This document shows, in pieces, positions 1 through 13,902 of a DNA stretch of 49,870 nt. The number at the start of each line of letters is the position of its first letter. Position 1 is the first letter of the stretch. Position numbers and translations under genes: made by a program. This stretch comes from Chiloscyllium plagiosum (lineage: Eukaryota). The notes beneath the pieces were generated by a model. The model saw nothing but the letters and a program-made list of their open reading frames with translations. It had not been told where the DNA came from and searched no databases. The stretch spans positions 2,937,340 through 2,987,209 of the forward strand of contig NC_057758.1 in the NCBI RefSeq assembly GCF_004010195.1, in the 5' to 3' direction.

Positions 1-297
1 AACACAGAACATGATGAAGGAGACTAATCCGGTGCTGGCTTTTAAGACAAGATAGACTGAACCTAAATGTGATCTTTCCGTTATACATGGGGTTGGGGTT
101 TCCTCAGCTGAAATATTGTGTGCGGTTCTGGGCTCCTTATTGAAAGATGGATGTAAATTTGTTGGAACTGGTGAAAAAGGCCGTTTCATGGATTGATTCC
201 CTGGAATGACCGTTTTGTTTGACGATATAAGGTTGGAGTGATTGTGCTTGCTCCCTCTGGTGTTTTGAGGAGTGAAGGGGAGTGGGGGAAAGGTTGT
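1..297 (+). mobile_element. Old CR1 LINE ORF2 3' fragment (paralogous to 40141-40435)
   Basis: Degenerate version of the LEYCVQFWSP region (gaaatattgtgtgcggttctgggctcc); colinear with 40141-40435. Confidence 0.7.
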
Positions 298-329
298 GTA
301 CTACCTCAAACTGAACCTTCCTTTGCAAT

Positions 330-1010
330 GTGTCTGAGATACTCGCAATGACCTGCTGTTAAATAAACGGCCCCAATCCCTTCTCTGTGTGGTACATCCT
401 TTCTCTCTCTCTCACCCCGCACCCTCCCACAAACACTACAACATTTACCTTCATCAGTTCCTGGACACCTTGTAACTAGGAAAGTGAGGCACCCAGCCAT
501 GGTCTAACTGAAACCCCGAATTTGGAGCACACACGACATTATTTTTGCTTTCCATCGGGACAGGTGGAATGAAAATCTGCCACTGTATCCTACCAACACT
601 GTTTGCCATACACTTTAAATGCACGTACAGCTTTCTTACGTATCATTTCAATCCTATTGCCTCTCTTACCCGTAACTATTAGTGGTCAGTATCTTTCAAT
701 TTTTTGAGATGAGGTTACCGCCCCTGAAATCATTCAGTGCGTCTTGTTGTTGATCTCCAAATGTTCACTCTGGGTCCATGCTTTTGACCAGTTGGTGAAA
801 ACCTGCCCACTGATAGGATCACATAAGCCGCACTGTATTTTGTCAAAGTGTATCTACTGGACAGTGTCCAGGTCACACCAGTGATATTGTTCCTTCACTC
901 GAAAGCACTCCATCTTGCTGTTGTGTTCGAGCCACATTTTTTGTTTTCTTTACTATTCTTCCTTCAATTGTGAGACTCATCAATCCTCCCTGCTACATTC
1001 TGATAGATAT
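330..1010 (-). mobile_element. Old CR1 LINE fragment, start of APE endonuclease plus upstream sequence (paralogous to ~41040-41720)
   Basis: The paralog's ORF 41074..41343(-) reads CLHMNARYVVNSVSEI...QDWVRHFPGYEIYRRD, resembling the CR1 APE N-terminus; this stretch aligns to it by eye. Confidence 0.6.
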
Positions 1011-2319
1011 GTAACAGATTCATCAGTATCAAACCATGACAGATCTGGCTCAGACCAAAGAGCATTAATTTAAGATGAAGGAGCAAGTGGTTTCTAGGAG
1101 ATCTGAGATGTTCTCTTCAACCGGGCATGTAGACAGTGGTGGATGCAGTTACTCTCACAAAACTTTAACACAATGTCTGGACGAGCACTTGACATATTGG
1201 GGCTTAACAGGCTCTGACTTCATGTTTAGTGCAAATTGAAAGAATATATTGGTATTACAGTAATATGGTCCTGTCCATCTCTATACGCTATTTCTGTAAT
1301 CAGCTCTCAATCAAATCAAACAAAAAAGCTCAGCATTATAAATTGAAAGACTTTGCTGTTTGCATGTTTGTTTTTTGTGAAGTCCTATTTTCAGGATTTC
1401 TCAATGGGAAAGCAAATGTTTTGTGATCTTGTGAGGACAAGTCGTGTTACTATAAGAGAGGTCACCAGAACTTATTTATTCAGAGACGACAAGTAAGGTC
1501 AGTCTCCAGGAGTCCTCGTTGTATCACTGGAGAGTTACTGTGTTCTCGTCATAAAGGCGACATTCCAAAGTATCATCTCATGGTATCAAAGAGAGCCATG
1601 AGCTGTGGCATGCAGGCGGATCAGTATCGGAAAAAAAGAGGGAGAGGAGTGATCAAAATCGGGGAAGGACACACTAGACTATTACAGCAATGGAACCGAA
1701 CTTGGAGATAGCGGACTGGAATTTCACAAAGATGGACAGAAGATTCCATTCGCAAATTAGCATTGGATGACAGTCTAATATCGAACACGATACGTTCTTC
1801 TGCTGCTTCAGCTCATTCCTTGCTTTTGTTGGTGTCTTAGATAAGTGTGTCGATACAGTAAACTTCGTTCACGAACTGGAAGTGAGGGGTCTATCAAATG
1901 AAGAGAGATCGATCAGTTTAGATGTTTCTTCTGCCTGTTATGGTCTGAGCTGACTGCGGAGATCCTGTGTGATGGACAGAGACACTCGCAACAGGTTTTC
2001 ATTTCCCACAACCCATGATGATCCCATCTTCCCAGCCTCTCCCCTTGTATTTTAAAACCTACGAAGACCAAATGAGCTTCAATACCACGATTGAAGCTCC
2101 TCTCTAGTGAAATGACTGTGCCTGGCTCATCCGTATCATTACCATCCTGACTTCTTGAACAAAGATCCTCCAGACCAGCTCGTTATCCCGCCTAATTAGT
2201 TTTGACCTGAAATTGCCCTCATCAAACCAAGTTACGTCAAACTTAGGCTTTTGACATTTGAAGCTTAATATCCTGGTTTGTGCACTCTCTTTCTCTAGAA
2301 CACAGGCATTCACTCCCTC

Positions 2320-2690
2320 AGACATCGATGCCTGGCCGCAGCAGCATGTGTTACTTATAGGATGCACTGCACAATTGCAACAAAAATAGTTAACCAGCAA
2401 TTTCCAATATCATGGCCACTTACACCTAAAAGGACAAGGACAGCAGATACATGGGAGCACCACCACAGCAAGTTCCCCTCCACGCCATTCACCGTCTATG
2501 ATTTGGAAATATATTGGCCATCAATTCAGTGTCACTGAGTCAAAATCTGGGAACTGCCTCGTTAACGACATCAATGTATGTGAATCCCACAAACTCCAGC
2601 AGTTTAAAAAGACAGCTCACCAGAACCATCTCACTGCATCAAATCGAGACCAGCAATAAAATGTGCTCACATACCATAAGTAAGAATAAT
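2320..2690 (+). mobile_element. 3' end of an old LINE (family not assigned); related copies at ~3380-3940(-), ~6930-7460(-), ~22020-22520(+)
   Basis: Shared motifs such as gcagatacatgggagcaccac and gacagctcaccagaacc recur at these loci in both orientations. Confidence 0.55.
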
Positions 2691-3067
2691 TCATGGATTG
2701 AAGATTGGAAATTGACATTGTAATGACTCTCACAGAATGTCCTTCTTCTTTCAGTAATGTGTGCTTTACTAGTCAAAATCTCTTTCCTGAAAAATGATTT
2801 TTGACGTTGCATCATTTCTCCTTGATTTTTTCAGCAAAAAGGAATTATTTGCGATTTTAGTCATTTGCCATCCTTTTTTGCCAAAACGCCCAAACGTCAT
2901 TGGCGTCTTCAGAAACTCGATTCCTCACTGCCTTACTCCTCATTCTTTTGCCCAACCGAATGTCATCCAAAAACATGCCTGTTATACAATAAACCCTTGT
3001 GAAACCTGCGATTGAGACTTGAGCCTGTCATTGACCCCTGATCAATAGGATGTCTTTGTATCCTAAG

Positions 3068-3332
3068 TTCAGAAGAAGGGTAACTGGATCTAAAATGCTG
3101 ACCTGCTTTCTCTGCACATGAGCTGGTAGATCTGCAAACCTTAGATTCTCCAGCAGTCTCTGCTTTCCTGACAGATTACCTTCTGTCAGCCCAACTAATA
3201 AACCAGAACTACTGCAATATTTTGGGAATCGGATTCATTAACAGCAAGTACTGCAAAAAGACAACATGTCTAGCAGCATCAGGAAACAAAAATCAGACTT
3301 AGCATTTCAGATAGAGCGACCCTTCTTCCGAT
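3068..3332. mobile_element. Pair of degenerate PLE pseudo-LTR fragments in opposite orientation (paralog at ~6424-6697)
   Basis: cagaagaagggtaactggatctaaaatg on + and atttcagatagagcgacccttcttccg on - resemble the ctgaagaagggtcactggacccgaaacg-type motif. Confidence 0.5.
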
Positions 3333-3959
3333 CCACTTCTCCTAATGTTGAAGGAAGAACCTTAATATGTCTTATTCGCTGCAACCATTACCAGGGACTG
3401 AGCCATCATTATAATGCCACTCAAGAAGAGTGTTGGTGAGCTGCCTTCTTGAAACGCCGCAGGTCCACATGCTATAGGGAGATGCACAATTCGCTGAGGA
3501 AGGCGATTCCAGGACTTGGATCCAGCCACACTGAAGAAACGGCCATTTTATTTCCAACTACACAATGGTGAGTGTCATGGAAGTGATTTTGCAGCTGATG
3601 GTGTTCCGATGCATCTGCTGCCTTTGTACTTCCAGAAGAAAATGTTTGTGAGTTTGGAAGGTGCTATTTAAGACTCTTTGGTGAATTTCTGTAGTACATC
3701 CTGCAGGTAGCACCCATCATTGCTATTGAGTGTTCTTAGTAATTTGAGTGGACGTTTGTCGATGTGGTGCCAATCAAGTGGGCGTCTTCTCTTCGGTAAT
3801 GTTGAATTCCTGGAGTTTTGTTGAATTTGCATTCAACAGGGTAATTGGGTGTATTGCATTATGCTCCAGACTTGTACCTTGTCGATGATGAATGGGGCTT
3901 TGGGGGGATTCAGGTGATGAGCGTCTCATTGTACGATTCCCACCCTCCACTTTCTGCGA

Positions 3960-6212
3960 CAGTGGGAGCAATGTGAGTGAAGATCGGGCTTGCTGGGAAA
4001 GTAAATTTCCCTCAAAAAGGACTGACCTCGAGAGTGAGTGAGCTCGAGTGTAGTAAAGGAGCACATGACGAATGCAAAAGGATAGCTGGTCTGAGGTGCA
4101 TTTGCTTTATTGCAAGAAGTATAGTAAGTAAGGCAGATGAATTTAGGGATTGGCTTAGTATCTGGGAGCATAATGCTATTGCTATAATGAAAACTTAGTT
4201 GAGGAAAGGGGAAGAACGGCAATTCGATATCGCAGGATATACATGATTCATGAAGGATAGAGATGAATGTATCAGAAAGGACCTCACAGCCCTGCTGAAG
4301 GAAGGCAGATAGAGGACTGGAGCAATGAGGTATTATAGGCAGAGCTTAAAAATAAAGAGCATGTGGTAACACTGTTGGCGCTGTATGACAGGCCAAACAA
4401 CGGTGAGTGTGAGATTGAAGTACAAATATATAAACAAATTATGGCTAGATGTAGGAGCAACAGTGTGGTGGTATTGGGAGATTTTAATTTTCCAGCATTG
4501 ATTCAGAGTCACTTCGTGTTAGAGTTCTACAAGGAGCAAAATTTGTAAGGAGCATCTAGGAGGGTTTTATATAGGAATATGCAAATAGTGCAACTCGGAA
4601 TTGGGTCATACTGGAACTGGGGTTGGTAAATTAACCCAGCCAGGTGATCGAAGCTTCAGTAGGGATTATTATGGGAATAGTGATCACAAATCCATAACTG
4701 TCAGAAGGCTCATGGACAAAAAGGAGAGTGGTTCTCAACGAAGAGTATTACATTGATGGAGGACCAAAGGCGGCAAAATTGGGCAGGAACTGGCGAATGC
4801 GGATTGAGAACAGCTCTTTGAGAGTAAATTCACATTTGAATTTGGGAGGCTTTTGAAGAGAGATTGAGTAGAGTGCAGGACATACATGTGCCTGTGAAAA
4901 TGAGGGCGAGAAATGGCGCAATAAGGGAACCATGGATGGAGAAATTGTGATACTAGCGAAGAGGACAAAGGAAGCAAACGTAAGGTCTAGGAGACTAAAT
5001 ACAGATGATGCTTTGGAAGAATATCAGGAAAGTAGGATAAATCTGAAACGAGGAATTAAGAGGTCTAAAGAGGATCATGAAATAGCTTGGGCAAACAGCA
5101 TTACGGAAAATCCCAAAGCTTTTTATTTGTATATAAGGGACAAGAGGGTAACTCGTCAAAGTGTTCGCCCGCTCATGGAGCAAGGGAGAAAGTTATGCAT
5201 ACAGTCAGATTCTTAATGAATACTTTGCATCGGCATTCTCTGAAGAGATGGATATTACGGATGTTGAAGTGAGGGATATATGTTTGTTTTCTCTAGATCA
5301 AGTTGCCGTTGGTAACGAAAAATTGTTGGCTTTTCTAAAGGGGATCAAGGTGGACAAGTCTTCAGTTTTTAATAGATTATATCCTCGGCTTCAGCGGGAT
5401 GTGAGACGGGAATTACCTGGAGGCTGAGCACATATCTTTGCACCATCATAGAACTCGTGTGAGGTCCTGGGGTTTCGGAGAATTACGAATGGCGTCCCTC
5501 TATTTAAAAAGGCTAGCAGGGATAGACTGGTCAGCCTGCCGTCAGTGGTGGGGAAAATGCTGGAAAAAGATACTGAGGCAGAGGATGTAATTTGGATTGG
5601 AAGAAAATGGGCTTATCAGTAAAAAAACAGCATTTTCTGTGTGGGGAAATTCATTTCTTACCAAATTAATAGAATTCTTTGACAAAGTGACAACGTTCAT
5701 TGACGAGGCATTTGATCATTTTCCCCACGACATGCTGGTGGAGAAAGTGAAGTTGCATGGCGTCCAGGATGTACCAGCTATATGAATCGAGAACTCGTTG
5801 GGCAGCAGGAGACAGAGAGTAGTAGTGGAAGGGAGTTTCTAAAAATGGAGATCAGTGGTGGTTCACAGGGATCCGTGTTGTGACCATTGCTGTTTGCGAT
5901 CCGCAGAAATGTATAAATGGTTTGATTAGTAGTTTTGCAGATGACAGGAAGATTGGTGGAGTAGCAGGTAGTAAAGTTGACTGTCCGAGAATGCAGCAGA
6001 ATATAGGTAGATTGGAGAGCTGGGCAGAGAAATGGCAGATGGAGTTCAATCCGGGCATGTACAAGGTGGCACATTTTGGAAGATTCAATTCAAAGCGAAC
6101 CATATGGTAAATGGAAAGGCTTTGAAGAAAATTGACGTCATGAGAGATGTCTGTATTCAGTTCCACTGTACCCTGAAGATGGCAAAGCAAATAGATAGAG
6201 TTTTCAAGAAGG
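3960..6212 (+). mobile_element. Old CR1 LINE (5' leader remnant plus ORF2 APE-RT), 3'-truncated at a tandem duplication junction
   Basis: ORF fragments LRCICFIARSIVSKADEF, VVVLGDFNFP, ENPKAFYLYI, ISSFADDRKIGGVA, WAEKWQMEFNP; many stops and frameshifts. Confidence 0.9.
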
Positions 6213-7479
6213 GTAATAAAATGCTGTCACAACCATAGATACTCACATCCCACAAATGAATAAGAATAATGCATGGAACGAAGTTTGGAAATTGACATTA
6301 TAATGCCTAAACATTTGCTATCCTAAATATTGCCTTTTATACCAGTAAACTCCCGGGAAACCAGTGATTGAGACTTGAGCCTGTCATTGTTCCGTGAGCA
6401 CCAGTAACTGTTTGTCTGCTGAGTTCGAATAAAGGTTCTCTGCACCAGAAAAGCTGACTCGGCTTTCTATACACCTATGCTAACCGACCTGCATGCTTCA
6501 GTTTCTCCAGCAACAGCTGATCTCATAAATGATGACCCTCTCACAGCCATACGACAGCACCAAACAAACCGGAAGAACTGCTTATTTTTGGAAATCAGAT
6601 ACACAAACATAAGGTACTGGAAAAACACAACACGACTGGCAGCATCAGTGAACAAAACTCAGACTTAACTTTTAAGATACAGTGACCCTTCCTCCGAGCC
6701 AGTGCTCCCACTGTTCAAGACAGAACGTCAATATCTCTTATTCTCTACAATGTTTACTATGGACCGGCATCCTAATTATGTTGTTGGTTCAATACCCAGT
6801 TGTATTCACTGATTCAAAATTCTTGAATTCAATTGAAACTTCCGTTTTGAGTCTTATTTTCCAGTCATCTTGCATTTTTCCCCCTGCTCTGGTGGAATGT
6901 GGATGTCAATGGCTAAGAGCAGAATTTATTGCTCGTCTGGTGCTGCCTCTCCATAAGATGTTGGTTAGCTGCCTTCCTGAAACGCTGCAAGTCCACATGC
7001 TCAAAGGTCAATATACAATTCTCTTATGGAGGGGATTCTGGACATGATCCAGCTACAATGAAGGAAAGGCCAATAGATTGCTAAGTCAGAGTGGCATAGA
7101 GGTAAACGTGCAGATCGTGGTGTTCCCATGTACCTGCTGCCGTTGTCCTTCGAAAATGAAAAGTTTGTGAGTCTGGAAGGGGCTGTCGAAGTAACTTTTG
7201 AAAAGTTGTGCAGTGCATCCTGCAGGGAGAACACATTATTGCTACTGAGCGTCATTAGTTAAGAGAGTGGACGTTTGTGAATGTGATGCCAATGAAGTTG
7301 ATTGTTTGTCTTCGACGATGATGAATTCCCTAACTGCTGTTGAAATTGCATCAAGCGATGCATTTGGGGAGTATTCCCTTATCATCCTGACTTGTGTCTT
7401 GTCGATTGAGAAGAGGGACTTGGTGGGATTCAGGAGGTGAGTGATACATTGCAGGATTCCCAGGGGCTATTTTCAGCAG

Positions 7480-10400
7480 TAGTGGCGGTAGTGAGAGCGA
7501 GGACTAGGGTTCGACCGGGAAGGTAAATTTTCTTCAAGGAGGGCTTACCTGGGAGCCAGTGGACCCGGGTAGTCAGGTTAACTGATATATCTTGTCTTTC
7601 TCGAAATGAAAGAATAGGCAGGATGAACGAATGACTTGAGAGTTGGTGCAGGAGACATGAGTGCAGACGTTTGGGACATTGGGACCGGTTGTGCGAGAGC
7701 TTTGACTATTTCAACTTGGACGGTTTGCACCTGGACTGGACTGGAGTCAATGTCGTTGAGTGTCCTTTCGCTAATGCTGTTGGGGAGGCTTTAAATGAAT
7801 GTATCAGGAGAGTGGGAACTAAATGAAGAAGTTAGAGGATAGTGAGGAGGTAGTAACTAAACACTGTAAGGAACGAGGTAATGAAGTAAGCGTGACTGTG
7901 TGGGGGAGTAGGAAGGAGAAAATGATGAACGCAAATTGTCAGCTCTTCTGAGTGCATTTGTTTTAATGGGAGATTTGTAAAAGTTAAGGCAGATAAATTT
8001 AGAACTTCAATTAGTACCTGGGAGTATAATGTCATTGATTTTACTGAGACTTGTTTGACGGAACAGCAAAATTGATAACTACATATCTCAGGATACAGAG
8101 GCTTCAGGTGGGATAGCGAAGGAGGCAAAGGGCGTGGAGAAGTTGCATTAATGGATGGAGAGAATATCATAGGCGTGCTGAAGGAGGGCATATGGAGGAC
8201 TCGAGCAGTGAGGCAACATTGATAGAGCTTAAAAGTAGGAAGGATGCGGTAACAATTTCGGAATAGTGATCACAATTCCATAAGCTTTAGAATATTGATT
8301 GACAAATTCGTGATTGGTCCTAAATTGAAATGCTAAATTGTGGGAAGGTCAACTACAGCTAAATTCAGCAAGTGCTGGGTGTGTTGATTTGGAGCACCTG
8401 TTTGAGGGTAAATCCACCTTTGATGTGTGGGAGGTTTATCAAGAGGGATTGATTAGAGTGCAGGACGAACGTGCCTGTGAAAAATGAGGAATAGAAATGA
8501 AAAGTTTAGGGAACCATGGATGACAGGAGGAACTGTGAGATTAGCTGAGAGGAAAAGGCATGCAGAGCTAATGTCTAGGCGCCTCAGAACAGATGAACCT
8601 TTGGGTGAATATCAGGATAGTAGGACCAATCAGAAACGAGGAATTAAGAAAGCTAAGAAGCGCAAACGGGCTTAAGCAAAATCCAAAAGCCATTTTGTCT
8701 CATATACGAAGCAAGAGGGTAAGTGGAGAAAGAATTGCGCAACTCAAAGAGAAAGGAGTGAAATTACGCTTGAAGCCACAGAAAATGGGTGAGACTGTTA
8801 ATGAGTTCTTTGCATCGGTATTCACTGAAGAGATTGACATGATGGATATTGAGGTTTGGGACAGATGTTTGATTACTCTCGGTAGTCGGCACAAGTATGG
8901 AGGAACTGTTGGGTGGTCTCAAACACGTAAACGTCGATAAGTCCCCAGGTTCGGTTGGGATCAAGCCCAGGATGCTGAGGGAAAGGAGAGAGGCAATAGC
9001 AGGGACATTTACAGATATCCCTGCAGCATCCTTCAACACTGGTGAGGTCCTGGAGGACTGGCAAATTGCTAATGGTGGCCGTGTGTTTTAGCAGTATAGT
9101 AGGGATAATCAAGATAACTATACATCAGCGATCCTGACGTCCGTGGTGAGTAAGCTGCTGGAGAACAAACTGTGGCACAGAAACTAATTAGATATCAGTG
9201 ACATTCAGCTTTGTTTTGTGCAGGGAAAGTAATGCCTTACAAACTTCATATAATTCACTGTGGAAATGATAAAGTTGATTGGTGAAAGAAGGACTGTAGA
9301 TGTCAAAAATATGTACTTTAGGAACGTGTCTGCTCAATTTCCCCATGGCAGTCTGATGGAGAATGTGAAGTCGCATGGGGTCCGGGGTGCACGAGCTATA
9401 TGGATAAGAGAACTGGCTGTGCAGCAGAAGACATAGAGCAGTAGTCGAAGGAAATGATTCAAAATGGAGAAAGGTGAAGAGTGGTGTTCCACGGTGATGC
9501 GTGTTGAGACCACTATTGTTTGTGATATATAAAAATGACCTGGAAGAAAGGAGATATTGTCTGATTAGCAAGTTTAAAGATAACACTAAGATTGATGGAG
9601 TAGCAGACAGCAAAAGGGAATGTCAAAGTATGCAGCAGAATATGGAAAACCTGGAGAGTTTGTAGGACAAATGGCAGATGGAGTTCAACCAGGCAGATGC
9701 ATGGTGAAACATTTTGGAAGATCCAGTACAAGAATGAACAATACGGTAAATGGAAATGGTCTGGGGAAAATTGATGACCAGAGAGATCTGCATGATCAGT
9801 TCCATTGTACCCTGAAGGTGGCAGGGCAGGTCTATAGAGTGGTCAAGAAGATATATGGATTGCTTTCCTTCATCAGACAGAGTACTGAGTACAAGAGTTG
9901 GGAGGTCATGTTACAGTTTTATAGGACTTTAGTTCCGCCACATTTGGTACAGTTATGGTACAATTCTGGCCGCCACATTATTAAAAGGATTCGGATGCTT
10001 TGGCGAGGGTGCAGAGGAAATTCACCACGATATTGCCTGATATATAGTGCGGAAGCCTTGAAAAGAGGTTGAGTTGGTTGGGATTACTTTCATTAGAATA
10101 ACAAAAGTTGGGGGAGGGAGGGGGGGTTGATTGAGATATACAAAATCGTGAGAGGTATACACGCGGTGAATACCAGGAAACATTTTTTTCACAGACTGCG
10201 GAACTCAGTTACTACGGATCATGAGTTCAAGATGAGACAGGAAACGTTTAAGAGAGAAATGGAAAATCATTTACGGAGTGAGTGGTGGATGCCTCAAACA
10301 CATTGACACTGGTGGTTGTAGAGGCAGGCATGATAGCGTCATTTAAGATGTATCTCGACAGACATATGAAGGGGCAGGGAACAGAGTGACACAGATACTT

Positions 10401-10515
10401 AGAAAATAGTTGACAGGGTTACATAGAGAATGTGGATCGGCACAGGCTTGGAGTGCCAAAGCGCCTGTTGCTGGGCAGGTTTTTTTTTTGTTGTTCATTG
10501 TTCGTTGTTCTTTGT
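7480..10515 (+). mobile_element. Old CR1 LINE (leader, ORF1 end remnant, ORF2, 3' tail)
   Basis: QNPKAILSHIRSKR, VDKSPGSVGIKPRMLRE, EYKSWEVMLQFYRTLV; ttgttc-type 3' tail near 10490-10515. Confidence 0.9.
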
Positions 10516-10871
10516 TATTTCTTTGAAGCCTTTTCACTTGTAAAGCTAGACTAAAACATTGTGGAAAATGACTTGGTCAGTGAAAAGCGGGTAGAGTCAA
10601 TGAGCATATTGGTGAATGCAGTCATTATGTCCAAAATTTCAATCTGAACACCTCGAACAAGCTGCTGTGCAGTTGCACTGATCTTTTCTCTTCTTCACAG
10701 TCCACGTCGAGGCAGCAGGCTTCCCCATTGAGGCATATATGTCTCAGGAAATGCCACAGACTTTCTGCAACATCAGCAAAGATGAAATAGTGCCAGCTAC
10801 GTCCTCTGTCCGAAACGGGAGTGGGTATAACAATCCCAGTTTCTGAAGAAGTGTGACTGGACCGGAAACGT

Positions 10872-11208
10872 GAAGAATAGAATCCTTACAGTGTGGAAAC
10901 AGATCCTTCGGCCCAACAAGTCCAGAATGGCCTTCTGAAGAGTACCGCACCCAGGCACATTCCCTGACCACTCTACACTTACCCCAGACTAATACAACTA
11001 ACCAACACATCCATGAACGCAATGAGTAACTTAGCATGGTCAGTTCAGGTATCCAGCACATCGTTCGACTGTGGGATAAAATTGGATGAAACCCACGCAG
11101 ATAGGAGAGAATGTGGAAACTCCAGACAAGCATTTGCACGAGGAAGGAATCGAAACCAATTTCCTGATGCTGTGAGGTAACAGTGCGACCCACTGAGCCA
11201 CTGTGCCA
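10872..11208 (-). mobile_element. HE1-type tRNA-derived SINE (older copy), inserted into a PLE pseudo-LTR
   Basis: Reverse-complement head ggcacagtggctcagtggg and tail ...cacactgtaaggattctatt; absent at the paralogous site ~43325. Confidence 0.85.
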
Positions 11209-11705
11209 TTAAGTCTGCTCCTCTCTCACCAGATTCTGTCAGACCTGGTGAGATTGCAAGCGATTTCTGCTTTTCATTTTAACTCTCAGCAGTTCGTCTC
11301 TGTCATTTGTATTATGCTAGTTATTCACCTCAGCAAATGGAGGCAGGGAGGGGAAAAGCACAGAAAGGCATAGCTTTTGAGAAATATTCATTGGAAAGAA
11401 ACATGTTCAATTTCATAGCTACACTTGTACACTTTGGCGAATCTAACAGTGAGAGGTGAAAAAAAAGCTCCAAAGGTGATTTAACAGGGGAACACAGAGG
11501 GGATTTTCTCTCATTCGATCAGCAAGCTTAAAACAGTGGGATAAATCTTGATTAAGTAAGGCTCTCAAGAGCAGGATCAACCAAATTGGAAAGACGGGGT
11601 ACAGTCTTTATGAAGAGTTGGTAATCCAGTACTTGTTTCACACTCAGCACGAGTAGCATGCGAGCGACAGCGCTGAGGTTTTCTGAAAGAAATGCGTGAG
11701 ATTGT

Positions 11706-11912
11706 GGGCGGCACGGTGGCACAGTGGTTAGCACTGCTGCCTCCCAGCGCCAGAGACCCGGGTTCAATTACCGACTCAGGCTCATTGCCTGTGTGGAGTT
11801 TGCACATTCTCCCCGTGTCTGCGTGGTGCTCCGGTTTCCTCCCACAGTCCAAAGATGTGCAGGTCAAGTGAATTGTAACGGGTAAATGTAGGGGTATGGG
11901 TGGGTAATCTAA
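11706..11912 (+). mobile_element. HE1-type tRNA-derived SINE with internal deletions
   Basis: ggcggcacggtggcacagtggttagcac (A box), ggttcaatta (B box), tgtgtggagtttgcacattctcccc body, aatcta tail; attg on both sides; absent at paralog ~43825. Confidence 0.92.
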
Positions 11913-12353
11913 TTGAGGATCTGCTGTTCCGCCAATATTCAGGTGTAATTCATGTAACAGGGAGTCCGTATTTGGCGAATACTCCCAACGTATACAGGCC
12001 TTAACAGGGTGCCAGAAGCAGTATATAGAATTCATAAGGTTTTTTTTCTGCCAGACGGTCCTCATTCATGTTCAGATTTGGTCTCTATTGCGTCCACATT
12101 TGCACGTCCTAAATCTATTCCAGCTTTGGGAGTAATTTTTAACTGCACCATTTGTGATGTAGTTCCAGACCATCAAAAATTATGTTCCAGTCTTATAAAA
12201 TCTCCTCATGTTTCTTTCGGTTGTCACTTAAGTGTGGGCACATTGCCTTACTTGAAATATTCACTGAGACCCTGCGAGTGTTTCTGTCAGGCCATTGATG
12301 CAGAGGATGTCAGATCAAACCTTAGAGAAGCTTAGTGGGTCTGAAAGTATCTG

Positions 12354-12355
<2 letters not shown>

Positions 12356-12389
<34 letters not shown>
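12356..12389. repeat. (GT)n microsatellite
   Basis: Uninterrupted gt run. Confidence 0.95.
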
Positions 12390-12391
<2 letters not shown>

Positions 12392-13149
12392 CACGCTGGC
12401 CTCAAGAGTAATCTGTGGCAACAAGTTCAAAGCTAAACAAAACTGAGTGAAGCCATTCATGCCATCTAATTTAGGTCCCTCTTTATTCTGAGACTCTGCT
12501 CCTCTGTGTACTGTAAGACGTAATGTGTACTTCTCAACTGCTGTTTAATTTACATGTTTTATTTTCCTTTCTTGCAGTTAACATACTGGCTATTGCAATT
12601 CTTTCTCGGGCTAAGTGTGGTCTATCAAAATGCATCGGTCGGTATCTGGTCGACATGCATCGGTCGGTATCTGGTGGATCTACTGGTCAACATCCTTAAC
12701 CTGACACTGAGGCATATTCCAATTGTATACAAAACAAAATTTCTGTTTGTGATGTCGACAGCTGTGTACAATGTCCATGCTATTCTTGTCCATGCAGCCA
12801 CAGACTGTTCTGTCTGGTTCAGTTGCTTTCACCTTTGATCGATTCGTTGCCAGAAACAGAAATGTAAATATTGCACTGTGAAAATTGCAACTGTCGTTTC
12901 GGGCATAGTGAGAGTACTGATCTGTTTAAAGAATATTATTTGGTATTTTATGATAACAGGTCAGTATCAGCTCAAGCACCTGCCTTGGTTTTGTAAGGTA
13001 AGATCAGGTGCTGAACAATCTTATTTCTGAGGAACATTTGAAATCGCTCATCATCATCTACCCCATGTTTGGCAATACTTTTGATTGTACTGTTCAATAC
13101 TAAGTTAAAAAATCACACAACAAAAGTCCAACAGGTTTAATTGGAAGTA

Positions 13150-13184
13150 CACTAGCTTTCGGAGCGCCGCTCCTTCATCAGGTT
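13150..13184 (-). ncRNA. Minimal hammerhead ribozyme motif in left PLE arm
   Basis: Reverse complement CTGATGA-A-GGAGC-ggc-GCTCC-GAAA-GC-TA; stem I reduced to about 2 bp. Confidence 0.65.
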
Positions 13185-13902
13185 ATAGTGGAGGACACAA
13201 TTCTAAGGCACAGAATTTATAGCAAAAAATTACAGTGTGATGGAACTGAAATTATACATTGAAAAATACCTTGTCTGTTGAGTCTTTCGTCTGTTCGAAT
13301 ACCATGATAGTTTCACTTCTTTCATGTGTAAATCACAAAACCTTTTTTAAAACGTTGCATTCTCAGTTTAGCTGTAACAATGGGCGTTAGCTAGACAATA
13401 TGTTGAAGGTGTTAGCCCCCTGTGTTCTCTGTCTATGCCATGATGTTTAGATTGATTCTAATCTAAAAAGTAAGAAAACAGAGCTCTATTTGAATTCATG
13501 CTATTTTTTGAGCTCAGAGTTTTACATGAATTCATGCAGTTTTTTGGAAAGTACAATGCACGTACAAAGTCACCCCACAAAATATCTGTGTGCATGTGAG
13601 TCTTTGTCTATCTGCGTGTGCGTGTTTGGGGTGGGGGCTTGTGAGTGTCTATGAGAGAGAGTGTATGTGTGTGTGTGCATGAGTGTAAAGTGGTCTAAGT
13701 CTCTGAGAGGATGCCTGTGTGGGCGTGGGAGTGTGTGTGTCTGTAAGGGCGTATTTGATTGTCTGTGTGCGTGTCTGTGTATATGTGTGTATGTGTGTCT
13801 ATAGGCGTGCCTTTGTGTGTGTGTGTGTGAGAGAGAGAGAGTGTGTGTAGGAGTGTCTGCGTGTGTGTATAGTGGTCACCTGTATTGTGACATGAACATA
13901 AG

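Noticed and set aside
11706..11775. tRNA gene (also 26050-26119 and 28830-28880)
   Set aside because: A/B boxes continue into SINE body and tail; tRNA-derived SINE heads
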